The translations under genes and the position numbers were made by a program. A stretch of 64,000 nt of DNA, taken from a virus. The notes under the pieces are model-generated. The model was not told the DNA's origin. It saw nothing but the letters and a program-made list of their open reading frames with translations, and made no database searches. Location of the stretch: the IMG/VR virus record IMGVR_UViG_3300037153_000606, one strand, 5' to 3'. Positions 26,971-37,100 of the stretch are shown here, one piece after another; position 1 is the stretch's first letter, and every line of letters begins with the position of its first letter.

Positions 26971-27480
26971 ATGGTCAACCCGACATGGGACACCAGCAGG
27001 GTCGAGGACGTCACCGAGCACTTCTGGAGTCGGGTCGACGGATCCGGTGGGCAGGACGCTTGTTGGCCGTGGACTGGCCCTCCGATGAAGTCGGGATACG
27101 GGCAGCTCAACCTCAAGGCGCTCGGCGGCCACGTCTACGCCCACCGGATGGCCTTCATCCTGTTCTACGGGCCGATCCCGGATGAGGCGTCCGTCGATCA
27201 CGAGTGTCACAACCGCGATCACTCCTGTGCGGGCGGGAACAGTTGTCCGCACCGCCTGTGCTGCAACCCGAAGCACCTGAAGGCCAAGACGCGGGGCGAG
27301 AACGTCAAGGCCGCCTACGAGGGCCGCCAGCGCGGATCCAACATCACGCACTGCCCGCACAACCACGAGTACACGCCGGAGAACACCAAGACCACCGGCC
27401 ACGGTCGGCAATGCCGGACCTGCCTGCGGAAGAGAGCCAACGAGTACTACGCCCGGAAACGAGCCGAGCGCAATAGTTGA
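26971..27480 (+). CDS. HNH homing endonuclease
   Basis: FWSRVD..CWPWTG..GYG..AHRMAF..VDHECHN..CCNPKHL..EN; THCPHNH..CRTC. Confidence 0.9.
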   Translation: MVNPTWDTSRVEDVTEHFWSRVDGSGGQDACWPWTGPPMKSGYGQLNLKALGGHVYAHRMAFILFYGPIPDEASVDHECHNRDHSCAGGNSCPHRLCCNPKHLKAKTRGENVKAAYEGRQRGSNITHCPHNHEYTPENTKTTGHGRQCRTCLRKRANEYYARKRAERNS

Positions 27481-27496
27481 TCTTGGTTTGGCCTGT

Positions 27497-27528
27497 CCTG
27501 CCGTGTGTACCGATCCCGCCGCGAAGTA
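27497..27528 (+). promoter_or_regulatory. Putative late promoter
   Basis: CCTG 27497, GAAGTA 27523. Confidence 0.6.
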
Positions 27529-27559
27529 GGGAGCGCGGACTGACGGACGGAGACCGGGC

Positions 27560-27904
27560 ATGGCCATCGCCACCGATACCGAGAAGAACTCGATCATCAC
27601 CAAGTACGGTTCCGACGTGGTGGCTTTTTCGCTGCACTCGGCCGACCCGGGAACCACCGGGGCGAACGAGTTGGGCGGCGGGTCACCCCCGTACGCCCGG
27701 AAGGCACCGGCCTGGTCCGCCCCGAACGCGGGTGTGATCACCAGCCAGACCGTCTTCGACATCCCTGCGGGGGCCACTGTGGCCTGGGTGGGGGCCTGGT
27801 CGTCGGTCTCCGGCGGCACCTTCCTGGACAAGGCCCAGGTCTCCCAGCAGCAGTTCAACAGCCAGGGCCAGTACCAGGTCAACGCCACGGCCACAGCGCA
27901 GTAG
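27560..27904 (+). CDS. Small virion structural protein
   Basis: SLHSADPGTTGANE..G..YAR motif typical of small fibre-associated proteins. Confidence 0.7.
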   Translation: MAIATDTEKNSIITKYGSDVVAFSLHSADPGTTGANELGGGSPPYARKAPAWSAPNAGVITSQTVFDIPAGATVAWVGAWSSVSGGTFLDKAQVSQQQFNSQGQYQVNATATAQ

Positions 27905-27914
27905 GGGGTGGCCC

Positions 27915-29525
27915 ATGGTCCCGCAGCAGCGGGACGTTCTGAACTATGACGCCACGTCGGTCTCCAACGCGTCTTTCAGCATCCCGCTACCTTCCACCGT
28001 CACCGGCACCGACGGGGACGGCAACCCGATCTACACGATCACCATCCAGCCCGATGACTGGGGCATCGTGCTGGTGGTCTGGTCGGCGGTCAGTGGTTCC
28101 CCGCTCGCCGGGCTGAGCACCTCCTGGCAGGTGCTGCAACCGCCGACGGTGGCCAACCAGGTGTGTTTCGCGGTGCTGGCACGCCAATTCGTCGATGGCG
28201 ACACGGTCGTCGACATCGAGCTGACCGACAGCAGGTTCCTGCTCGCGGTCGGTATCTGGTACTCCGGCGCGGACCGGGTTGACACAGTGGGACAGCCGGG
28301 GATCAACCCGAGCGCGGTGCTGCAGACCTCGACCGCGCCGTCGATGGTCGCCTCTGGCGCGTCCGACGAGCTGGGCCTGTCGCTGTTCGTCTCGGCGATG
28401 CGGTCCGTGCCGCCGGTGGTGCAGGTCAGCCAGGGCACCGTGGTAGTCGGCAGGACCGGCAATCCGAACACGGTGCTCGGCCTGATCGCCGCCGGGCCGC
28501 TCTCAGGACCCGGGCCCACCGGGGACGTCATCGCCACCTACGACACAGGCGCACAGTCCCGCGCCGGGATCCAGCTCGGCCTGCTGACGCTCGGCGGGCA
28601 GATCGCCGGGACCGCCAGCTTCGGGACCCAGGTGACCCTCGCGGCCACCGGCGTCCCGGCACGGCCTACCGACGCCGCATTCGCTGTTGCGGTCGCACTG
28701 GCCGTCACCGGCCTATCCGGTAGTCAGGCCGCGTTCACCCCGACGGTCGTACTCAGCGCAGTGGGGCGACCGATCGTCCCGATCAACCTCAACCCGGTCG
28801 TCAACCTGAGCACCGTCGGGCAGATACGCGGCTTCGCCACGAAGACCATGACCATCGGGCTGGCCACCATCGGCTCGCCCCACTTCACCGGCACGCCCGC
28901 GTTCAACCCGAGGGTCGTCCTCGCCGCCACCGGGGTGAAGAAGGTCAGCGGCATGATCGGCCTCGGCCCCACCGTGACACTCTCCACGCGGGGTCGGGCG
29001 CTGACCTGGGCACGTCCCGGTTTCACCGTCACCGTCCGGCTGGCGGCACTGGGCACCCCGACCATTCCCGGCACCGCCCATTTCCGGCCCGGCGTCACGT
29101 TGTTCACCCGGCGCAACGGGGTCTTCATCCTCGGCACGGCGGGCTGGGGGCCGTTGGTCACACTGCGCGCCGCCGGTGTGTTGATGGCCACCTCCGGCAG
29201 TGCGGACTTCACCCCCGAGATCACTCTGACCGCCGACGGCACTCCGGACTTCACACCGGTCGGGGAAGTCGATTTCGGACTGCGGGTGACACTGGCCGCC
29301 GACGGGTTCTCGCTGCCGCGCGGCCCGGTGGGTGTCACCATCAAACCGGTGCTGCAGGAACCGGATCCGGACTGGCACGGGCGGCCCAAGGACGAGTACG
29401 ACTGGCGGGTGGACCTGCCGGTCGGCACGGCCGGGTTCGATACTGAGGTCACCCTGATCGCCGAAGGCGGCGAGCTGCTCGGCGCGACCCAGCACGCCGC
29501 GCACACGTGGAGCGTGGACGAATGA
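27915..29525 (+). CDS. Virion structural protein with beta-strand repeats
   Basis: Repeated F..(V/T)TL.A.G units. Confidence 0.7.
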   Translation: MVPQQRDVLNYDATSVSNASFSIPLPSTVTGTDGDGNPIYTITIQPDDWGIVLVVWSAVSGSPLAGLSTSWQVLQPPTVANQVCFAVLARQFVDGDTVVDIELTDSRFLLAVGIWYSGADRVDTVGQPGINPSAVLQTSTAPSMVASGASDELGLSLFVSAMRSVPPVVQVSQGTVVVGRTGNPNTVLGLIAAGPLSGPGPTGDVIATYDTGAQSRAGIQLGLLTLGGQIAGTASFGTQVTLAATGVPARPTDAAFAVAVALAVTGLSGSQAAFTPTVVLSAVGRPIVPINLNPVVNLSTVGQIRGFATKTMTIGLATIGSPHFTGTPAFNPRVVLAATGVKKVSGMIGLGPTVTLSTRGRALTWARPGFTVTVRLAALGTPTIPGTAHFRPGVTLFTRRNGVFILGTAGWGPLVTLRAAGVLMATSGSADFTPEITLTADGTPDFTPVGEVDFGLRVTLAADGFSLPRGPVGVTIKPVLQEPDPDWHGRPKDEYDWRVDLPVGTAGFDTEVTLIAEGGELLGATQHAAHTWSVDE

Positions 29526-30229
29526 CGCAGCCGAAACCGTTCCTCCCGGTGCAGCCGAACAACCAGCCCTACTACGTGCGCGAGGTGCAGAACTGGGCGA
29601 TCCAGCAGGAACGGCAGAGGCATATCGAAGCAATCCTCTGGGTCGGAGAGCCGACTCTGTTTCTGTTGCTCTGGAAAGTGGAGGACTACGAGGCCGGGTA
29701 CGTGGCCCGGTGCCCGCGTTGCCGCCTGTCCGACGACTCGCTCAACGACCGCATCGAGAAGGTCTACCAGCAGCCGGTACAGGCCACCTGCCCGTACTGC
29801 TTCGGCACCACTTTCGACGGCGGGGTGCGGGCCAAGGTGGTCCGGCCCGCGATCTTCACCGACTCCAACGAGATCGAGCGCAAGTCGGCCCGGGGCGTGA
29901 TCTATCCGGAGAGCTGCGTGGTGGAGAGCACCGACGACTTCCGGGCCCGGCAGGGCGACTACGCCTGTCGTCAGGACGGATCGCGCTGGCAGTTGTCCCA
30001 GCCGAACGGGATCCAGCTGCGCACCGGGTATGCACACCCGGCCCAGGCCAACGCCGCGCTCGGCTACGCGCAGATCCCGGCCACCCGCCAGGACCCGTCC
30101 AGCGTGGCTTTCCAGATCCCGCCCAACGACGCCGAGCTGGGTGGCTGGCTCACCTCGCCGCAGTACTGGCCCACACCGGCCAACGACATGGTCGCGGGCC
30201 CGGCCATCCCGGGTGGGGAGGTGCCGTAG
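29522..30229 (+). CDS. Head-tail joining protein
   Basis: ATGA overlap; CPRC..CPYCFGT.F.GG; synteny. Confidence 0.65.
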   Translation: MTQPKPFLPVQPNNQPYYVREVQNWAIQQERQRHIEAILWVGEPTLFLLLWKVEDYEAGYVARCPRCRLSDDSLNDRIEKVYQQPVQATCPYCFGTTFDGGVRAKVVRPAIFTDSNEIERKSARGVIYPESCVVESTDDFRARQGDYACRQDGSRWQLSQPNGIQLRTGYAHPAQANAALGYAQIPATRQDPSSVAFQIPPNDAELGGWLTSPQYWPTPANDMVAGPAIPGGEVP

Positions 30230-30960
30230 TGCCGCTGGAGATGCTGCCCGAGTCGCGGCTGAGCTGGGACCCGGACCGGATCGTGATCCTGGTCGACTCG
30301 ACCGGCGGGTTGGACACCAACCTGCTGGCTGAGCAGGCGGTGCACGAGGCACGGGTGGTGATGCCGAAGGTCACCGGCTATCTGGTGACCACGCTGCGGG
30401 CCATCCACGGCGACAACTTCTTCGGCATCTACTTCCCGGACAAGCGGGTCCGGTACCTGGAACAGGGCACCGGGCCGTTCACCATGAACAACCTGGCCGG
30501 GAAGACCGTCCCGATGTGGATCGACGACCCGAGCGGGAAGGAGCGGGCCGCCAACCCGAAAGCGAAGACCCGGACCACCGTGGACGGCCGGACCCAGGTG
30601 CTCATCTTCCGGCGCGCGGCGCTCAAGGGGTCGCGCCGCAACGTGCGCAGAACGCTCCCAGGCGGCCGTACCCGCGTCGTCAGCGTCCCGGCCTCCTATC
30701 CGGGTGCGGCGGGCCGGATCAGCCGCCGTGAGGCCTCTCAGCCCCTCACCACGGCAGGCCGTCAGGGCGGCCGGGTGGCACGCGGCAACGTCGGGGTGCG
30801 CTGGCGGCACCCCGGCATCACCGGACGCCAGTTCCTCAACTACGCGATGTCGGTCACCGCCATCACCAACGGATTGGGTGTGGACGTGGTCTACCTCGCC
30901 GACGCGGTGACCATCTTCACGCTGCTGCGCAAGTACACCCAGGGAGGTGGCAGCGCATGA
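30229..30960 (+). CDS. Neck/tail completion-like basic protein
   Basis: GTG overlaps upstream TAG; YLEQGT and WRHPGI..RQFL motifs. Confidence 0.6.
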   Translation: MPLEMLPESRLSWDPDRIVILVDSTGGLDTNLLAEQAVHEARVVMPKVTGYLVTTLRAIHGDNFFGIYFPDKRVRYLEQGTGPFTMNNLAGKTVPMWIDDPSGKERAANPKAKTRTTVDGRTQVLIFRRAALKGSRRNVRRTLPGGRTRVVSVPASYPGAAGRISRREASQPLTTAGRQGGRVARGNVGVRWRHPGITGRQFLNYAMSVTAITNGLGVDVVYLADAVTIFTLLRKYTQGGGSA

Positions 30961-31622
30961 CCGCACCGCACACCGGCTACCTGACCCGGCTCAAGGGCTG
31001 CGTCGTGGACGCGCTGTCCACGGTGTTCAATTCGACCTTCCCCGACCCGCGTTTCCGGGGTCTGAAGGTGTCCATCGAGTACCCGTTGGACCAGCAGAGC
31101 TACCCCTCGATCTGGGTGAACTACGACGACTCGGACTCGCTGGAGATCGCTTCGATCGACCATCGCGAGTTCCTGGTCGATACCGACGGCCTGCATCACG
31201 AGGTAACCCGGTGGAACTTCGCCGGATCAGTCACCCTCACCGTGGTCGCGCTGAGTTCGCTGGAGCGCGACGCGCTCTATGACGAGGTGGTGCGCATCTT
31301 CGCGTTCAGTCGGATCGAGGAGGCCAATCCGGACTTCCGCACCATTCTGGAGACCAACGACTTCCTGTATCTCGCGGTCAACTGGGACCAGTTGCGCCCG
31401 CACGGGGATGCCGCCGCCCCGGGTACCCCGTGGGGCAGCGAGGACGAGGTCATCTACGAGCGGTCGCTGGGCTTCGACGTGGAAGGTGAGTTCGTCTCCG
31501 ACTGGCGTACCAACACCCTGGTGCCGCTGCGGGAGATCGTGGTGGTCGGCGAGGCGGTCAACGATGCGGGTGATCCGCTCGGGCTGGAACCAATGATCCT
31601 CGGTATCGGCCGCACCGACTGA
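30957..31622 (+). CDS. Tail terminator-like protein
   Basis: Immediately before sheath; YPSIWVNY..LTVVALSSLERD. Confidence 0.6.
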   Translation: MTAPHTGYLTRLKGCVVDALSTVFNSTFPDPRFRGLKVSIEYPLDQQSYPSIWVNYDDSDSLEIASIDHREFLVDTDGLHHEVTRWNFAGSVTLTVVALSSLERDALYDEVVRIFAFSRIEEANPDFRTILETNDFLYLAVNWDQLRPHGDAAAPGTPWGSEDEVIYERSLGFDVEGEFVSDWRTNTLVPLREIVVVGEAVNDAGDPLGLEPMILGIGRTD

Positions 31623-31625
31623 CCT

Positions 31626-31657
31626 CCTGCCCTGCCACCGGGCCGCGCAGCGAAGTA
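31626..31657 (+). promoter_or_regulatory. Putative late promoter
   Basis: CCTG 31626, GAAGTA 31652. Confidence 0.6.
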
Positions 31658-31691
31658 ACGAGCCTTCGCGTCCATCAGCCAGGAGGGCCTC

Positions 31692-33209
31692 GTGACCAGT
31701 GGCGTCAACTTCTCGGCGGGCTATGTCCCGCCCGGTGTCTACGTCTCCACCAAGTCCACCGGCTCGACCGGCGTGGTCGGGGTCGGCGACACCGTCGTCT
31801 GCCTGGTGGGACGGGGAATCGGCTATCAGACCTACACCGAGTCGATCAACTTCGGCAGCGGCGACAACGTCACCCTGGACAACCTGGGCATCGACCCCAC
31901 TTCGGTGGTGGTGACCAGCTCGGGCGCGGCACAGACGCCGTACACGCCGGATGAGCCGAGCCTGCCGCACGACTACTCGGTCAGCCAGAGCCAGGAACCG
32001 GACCTGCAGGACCGCAGCACGGTCATCACTCGCACGCCGAGCGGGGAGATCCCCACCAACGTCAACCTGCTGGTGCGTTACAACTACACCAGCGAGGCCT
32101 ACAACGCGCTGCACAGCTTCACCGACTACGCCACGTTCGTCTCGGTGTACGGCCCGGCTCTGGACCCGGTGACCGGCGCGATCGTCAGCCCGCTCACCCT
32201 GGCCGCTCAGATCGCGTTCCAGAACGGCGCGAACGTGCTCTACGCGGTCGCCCTGGACACCACCAGCGGCCTGTCGCTGCCCGACCAGTTCGCGGCGGCC
32301 TATGCACTGACCATCCCGAACTACGACATCAACATCATGGTGCCGCTGTTCGAGGACGCCATGGACGCGGGGTCTGCCAAGACCGAGATCGCCGCCCTGT
32401 CCTCGTTCCTGAACAGCGCCGAATCCAACGGCTTCCCCCGCATCGCGATCGTCGGCCCGGCGGCGGGATTCGTCGGCGATCCGGGCGAGGTTGCCACCGA
32501 CACGGCCTACCGGCGTGTCGTGTGGACCTGGCCGCAGGGGTTCCTGTTCTTCAACCCGGTGCGCACGGTCAACGGCACGGTGACCGTGGACGGCTTCTAT
32601 GCGGCAGCCGGGGCGGCCGGGTACCTGGCCAACAATGACCCGAACCAGGGTCTGACCCAGGCGCAGCTGCGCAGCTTCTCGGGGATGCCGGTGAGCATCC
32701 TGTCCGCGATCGCCGACCCGACCAAGAAGAACATCTGGTCCTCCTCCGGGGTGGCCGTGTTCGAGATGAACCGGATCAACCAGATCATCTGCCGCCACGG
32801 GGTGACCACCGACGTGTCCAACGTCGGTACCCGGGAGATCTCCATCGTGCGGTGCCAGGACGCGCTGTTCGTGGAGATCGAGCTGACCCTGGTGGAGGCC
32901 AACCTGATCGGCACCCCGATCACGGCGAACACCCCGCTGATGGTCAAGTCCCTGGTCACCGGTGCGCTGGAGTCGGCGCTGGCCAACTACACCATCGCCT
33001 CCTACGACTCGGTGGTGGTCAACCAGCAGGCACTCCCCACCGGCGACCCGACGGTGATCGAGGTCAGCTTCAACTACCAGCCCACCTACCCGCTGGACTA
33101 CATCACCGTCACCTTCACCCTGGACCTGTCCACCGGCAACATCTCCAGCCCGATCACCGACACGGCCGGTTCCGGCGGCAGCAGCAGCGCGCTGCAGGTC
33201 GCGGGCTGA
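31692..33209 (+). CDS. Tail sheath protein
   Basis: YVPPGVYV N-terminus; RHGVTT..REISIVR; YQPTYPLDYITVTF C-terminus. Confidence 0.9.
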   Translation: MTSGVNFSAGYVPPGVYVSTKSTGSTGVVGVGDTVVCLVGRGIGYQTYTESINFGSGDNVTLDNLGIDPTSVVVTSSGAAQTPYTPDEPSLPHDYSVSQSQEPDLQDRSTVITRTPSGEIPTNVNLLVRYNYTSEAYNALHSFTDYATFVSVYGPALDPVTGAIVSPLTLAAQIAFQNGANVLYAVALDTTSGLSLPDQFAAAYALTIPNYDINIMVPLFEDAMDAGSAKTEIAALSSFLNSAESNGFPRIAIVGPAAGFVGDPGEVATDTAYRRVVWTWPQGFLFFNPVRTVNGTVTVDGFYAAAGAAGYLANNDPNQGLTQAQLRSFSGMPVSILSAIADPTKKNIWSSSGVAVFEMNRINQIICRHGVTTDVSNVGTREISIVRCQDALFVEIELTLVEANLIGTPITANTPLMVKSLVTGALESALANYTIASYDSVVVNQQALPTGDPTVIEVSFNYQPTYPLDYITVTFTLDLSTGNISSPITDTAGSGGSSSALQVAG

Positions 33210-33225
33210 GAAGGGAGCCTGAGCG

Positions 33226-33717
33226 ATGCCCAGTCCGAAGGTGCGGGTGGTCGGCAGCGGCTACTCGACGTTCACCTATGCCGGTCAGATCATCGCCTTC
33301 TTGGAGCAGGTCGACGACTCCGGACAGCGGGCTTTCTCCGACGCGGGCGCACCGTACCAGTTCATCCAGCCGATCGGGGCGATGCACCCGACCGAGATCG
33401 CCACCAGCCGGGTACTGCAGGGCGGCACCCTGAACCTGACCATCCGCGAGCTGTGGAACACCTACGTCTGGGAGCAGCTGGCCAACCTGACCGGCACCCG
33501 CAACATCGTCGACATCTTCAACCGGCTCGCCGCGCAGAACACCTATGTGACCTGCCAGATGGTGATCCGGCCGCCCACCGGCTCCGGCAAGCCGCGCGGC
33601 AAAAACTACCACAACTGCACCATCGTCGACATCGGCGACAACGACACGATCACCGTCGGTGCACTCGCGGTCACCAAGGGCATCGTGGTCGCTTACACGC
33701 ACACGAGCGCGCTATGA
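33226..33717 (+). CDS. Tail tube protein
   Basis: 163 aa directly after sheath. Confidence 0.8.
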   Translation: MPSPKVRVVGSGYSTFTYAGQIIAFLEQVDDSGQRAFSDAGAPYQFIQPIGAMHPTEIATSRVLQGGTLNLTIRELWNTYVWEQLANLTGTRNIVDIFNRLAAQNTYVTCQMVIRPPTGSGKPRGKNYHNCTIVDIGDNDTITVGALAVTKGIVVAYTHTSAL

Positions 33718-34247
33718 CCACCGGGCCGAACGAGGCGGACCTGTTGCCGGTGGATGCACAGGCCACGTTCGGCCCGTCGTTCGTGCTTCCCATCACCCCG
33801 GAGACCGAACCGGAGGAAGGCCCTTTCGACGACGTCGACACCGAGCTGGACCCGAAGATCCGGGAGGATTTCATCGGGCTCACCTATCTGGGCAAGCTGG
33901 AGGAGACGTGTCGGGTTGCTGGGCACACCTTCCTGTTGCGCACCCCGTCCCAGGTGGACCGGCTGGAGATGGGGCCGCTGCACAAGCCGTATCTGAACAC
34001 GGTCACCACCGAGGCAGCGTGGCGGCAGCTCACCGTGGCCGCCTATTTGCGCCGCATCGACTCGCAGGTCGCGCCCGACCCGCTCTCCCCGTCGATCACC
34101 GCGCTGCGCGTCCGATTGGACTGGGTGCGCGAGAACATCTATTCCGAGCAGGTCGTCGACCGGCTCTACGACGAGTGCCTGCTGCTCGACTCGCGGGTGC
34201 GCGACGTCATCGAAGCCCTGGACGGCCAGGGGGAACCCTCGGCCTGA
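33714..34247 (+). CDS. Tail assembly chaperone
   Basis: ATGA overlap; between tube and tape measure; slippery site near the end. Confidence 0.75.
   Translation: MTTGPNEADLLPVDAQATFGPSFVLPITPETEPEEGPFDDVDTELDPKIREDFIGLTYLGKLEETCRVAGHTFLLRTPSQVDRLEMGPLHKPYLNTVTTEAAWRQLTVAAYLRRIDSQVAPDPLSPSITALRVRLDWVRENIYSEQVVDRLYDECLLLDSRVRDVIEALDGQGEPSA
34229..34235 (+). other. -1 programmed frameshift site GGGGGAA
   Basis: G GGG GAA in chaperone frame; the -1 frame stays open to 34657. Confidence 0.7.
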
Positions 34248-34255
34248 CCGGAGCG

Positions 34256-34657
34256 ATGGACCCCTGGGTCACCACCCAGATCCGGCTGGCCGAACGACAG
34301 GGTCTGCTCACCGGCTCCGTACTGAGCCCGGTGCAGCTCAAGGCCGTGCTGTTGTGCGAGACGATGGACCTGGTACGCGCCACGAACCGGTCCGAACGGG
34401 AGCTGCGCCAGGCGATGCTGGCCACTGGCCGCTGGGAGTTCGCCGACCTGTTCCCGGAGTACGTCCCGGCGACCGATTCCGAGGAGGCGGTGCAGGCCGA
34501 CCTGGAGTCCGAGGACCAGGTGGTCTACTACTTCCCCGCCCCGGGCGACCCGAACTTCGACCCGAAAGAGGCGCAGCGGCTGCTCGACGAACTGGTCAGG
34601 GGCAACTCCTCCGGCAACGTGTCGGCGGCCGAGCTGAACGGGCACGAACATGCCTAG
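34256..34657 (+). CDS. Tail assembly chaperone, frameshift extension
   Basis: In the -1 frame relative to the upstream chaperone; precedes tape measure. Confidence 0.7.
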   Translation: MDPWVTTQIRLAERQGLLTGSVLSPVQLKAVLLCETMDLVRATNRSERELRQAMLATGRWEFADLFPEYVPATDSEEAVQADLESEDQVVYYFPAPGDPNFDPKEAQRLLDELVRGNSSGNVSAAELNGHEHA

Positions 34658-37097
34658 GCGCAACTCGGTCGGCGCGCTGACCCAGCAGATCCGTGAGTCG
34701 TTCACCGAACTGAAGACGGCGGCGGACATGCTCAGCCAGGCCGCCTCGGCCAGCCAGAATACCGCCGCCGACATGGCCAAGGCATCCAAGGAGAACAAGG
34801 CCTCGATCGATGACCTGGTCAATACGCTCAGTGCGATGGCGGGCATGCCGGGCCAGTATGGCCCCACCATCGGCGGTACCCGCACTCCCGGATACGCGTT
34901 CGGCCGGACTCCCGGCGTGGGTGGTTATCAGACGCCGCGTCCTTCTTCATGGCCCGGTGGGCATTACCCCGGTGGCGCGTCCTACGGGATGGGTGTTCAG
35001 GGTGGTCCCGGCCTTCCGGCCCGCCGCCCGCAGAACCTCAGCGAGGTGCGCGGTTGGGCGGCCCAGGCGATCCACCAGCGCTTCGGCACCGGCGGGCTGA
35101 CCTACGAGCGCACCGGGGGCAAGACCGCCAGTGGCGAGGACGAGTACCGGGTCAGTGGGCCGGGGATACGTGAGGGCGGTTTCACCGGTTCTGCTGAGCA
35201 GGTATCCCAGCACGCGGCTGGACAGAGATCCGGTATCGGGGGAGCGGTCACACGTGGTTTCGCCTCGCGTATGGCCGGAGGGATGCTCGGTGGCGAAGGG
35301 GCGCTCGGAGGTGTGCTCGGGGCGTCACGGGCCATCCCCTTCGTCGGTGAGGCGCTCATGGCCGCTGAGGCGGTGTACAAGGGCGCGCAGTTCATCGGCA
35401 ACCAGCGGCAGGCCAACGCTGCCTACCAGGGCATCTACGACCAGTCGAACATGGCCGGGATGGGCCAGCGCTTCCTGCAGGAGGGCTACAAGCTCAGTCA
35501 GATCTTCTCCGGCGGCCTCACCGGTGCGCAGGCCGACCAGGCGTTCAAGGCCGTCTCGGCGATGGGTTATCAGGGCGGGGCCCGACAGCAGCGGCTGGAC
35601 TTCGTCCAGTCCAACTACAAATCGATGGGCATGTCGGTCCAGGACTCGATGCAACTCATCAGCATCGCCAGCCAGTCGCTCACCACGTCGCTGCAGGGGC
35701 TGCATTCCGAGCTGCAGGGCGTCTCGGACATCGCCAAGCAGACCGGCCAGAACGCCCAGGTGTTGCGCCAGTCGCTGACCCAGAACCTGGCGCTCGCCAC
35801 CAACGCCGGGTATGGCCAGGCGGCCGGGCCGCTCGCCGAGGCGATGACCGCCTCCACCACCGGGCTGGGCCGCATGTACGCGGGCACCTCGATGGGCGGG
35901 ATGGTCAACAGCCTGCAGCAGCAGACCATCACCGCGATCTACGGCGGGTACGCCGGTGCTGGGCAGCTGGCGCTCGCCACCCAGACCAACCCGCTGGCCC
36001 CGGCCATGGCCGCGCAGGCGCGGGTCAACGCCACCCTGGACTCGCTGCTGCCGAGCAACGTGACGCAGGCGGTGAAACAGCAGATCCAGGCGGCCGGAGG
36101 GCCGAAGGCGATCACCAGCAGCAGTAACGGCGACGTCATCGCCCGGCGGATCGGGCTGGACACCATCGCGGGCAGCGGCGTGGACGCGATGTCGATCTAC
36201 AACACGCTGCAGGCGCAGGGCATCACACCGCCCCAGGACACCGGGGCGCTGTACGGATACGTGGTCTCCTTGATCGCCAAGCAGATGAGTGGCGGAATGA
36301 CCACGGACACCGCCAAGCGGGTGGCGGCCGGAGACGTGCAGACCGGCGGCCAGGCCCAGAAGTCGATCTCCAAGGCCAACCAGACCGAACCGGTGGTGCC
36401 TAAGGGGCAAACCGGCGGACAGGCCAGCAATCCGAACAGCATCGGAGCCGCCACCACGCTCACCACGCTCGCGGCGGGCACCACGACGGGCGGGGAGAGC
36501 ACCTTCGACCCGGTGATCCAGGCGGCCGAGAAGGACATCGGCCGGGGCGGTTTCGTGCAGGTGACCACGGGCACCGGCCAACGGGTGGTCACCCTCTCCG
36601 AGGCGGCCAAGAGCTACCGCGACCAGTTGGTCAGCGGTACCGCGATCATCGTCGGTGCGGAGAAGGGCAAGAAGACCGAGAACGCGGGCAAGACCTTCGG
36701 CGAGGCCTACGGCACGGAGAGCCTCGGGTCGAAGATGTACGGCATCTCCACCAAGTCCAAGACCGGTCCGGCGGGCGGTGCGCTGGGCAGTCAGGGCAGC
36801 GCGATCATGAAGCTCGGACTTTCCGATACCGACCTGACCAAGGTGGCGCAGAAGTACGCCCAGGGGGGCGACAAGGGGCTGCTGAAGTACGCCCAGGGGC
36901 TGCAGAAGGACGAGGCCAAGCAGAACGCCACCGACAAGAAGACCAATGCCGAGATCAAGCTGTACATGACCCCGGAGTTGTCCCGGTGGCTCGGCGTGGA
37001 CACCACCGACAACGTCACCAAGGTGAACTCCTCGGCCAACTCCGGAGCGCCGTTGGATTCCACCACTAACTACGGCGCATCCACCCCGCTGGGATAG
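34650..37097 (+). CDS. Tape measure protein
   Basis: 815 aa, Ala/Gly/Gln-rich helical; synteny; short length fits a short contractile tail. Confidence 0.75.
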   Translation: MPRRNSVGALTQQIRESFTELKTAADMLSQAASASQNTAADMAKASKENKASIDDLVNTLSAMAGMPGQYGPTIGGTRTPGYAFGRTPGVGGYQTPRPSSWPGGHYPGGASYGMGVQGGPGLPARRPQNLSEVRGWAAQAIHQRFGTGGLTYERTGGKTASGEDEYRVSGPGIREGGFTGSAEQVSQHAAGQRSGIGGAVTRGFASRMAGGMLGGEGALGGVLGASRAIPFVGEALMAAEAVYKGAQFIGNQRQANAAYQGIYDQSNMAGMGQRFLQEGYKLSQIFSGGLTGAQADQAFKAVSAMGYQGGARQQRLDFVQSNYKSMGMSVQDSMQLISIASQSLTTSLQGLHSELQGVSDIAKQTGQNAQVLRQSLTQNLALATNAGYGQAAGPLAEAMTASTTGLGRMYAGTSMGGMVNSLQQQTITAIYGGYAGAGQLALATQTNPLAPAMAAQARVNATLDSLLPSNVTQAVKQQIQAAGGPKAITSSSNGDVIARRIGLDTIAGSGVDAMSIYNTLQAQGITPPQDTGALYGYVVSLIAKQMSGGMTTDTAKRVAAGDVQTGGQAQKSISKANQTEPVVPKGQTGGQASNPNSIGAATTLTTLAAGTTTGGESTFDPVIQAAEKDIGRGGFVQVTTGTGQRVVTLSEAAKSYRDQLVSGTAIIVGAEKGKKTENAGKTFGEAYGTESLGSKMYGISTKSKTGPAGGALGSQGSAIMKLGLSDTDLTKVAQKYAQGGDKGLLKYAQGLQKDEAKQNATDKKTNAEIKLYMTPELSRWLGVDTTDNVTKVNSSANSGAPLDSTTNYGASTPLG

Positions 37098-37100
37098 CTG

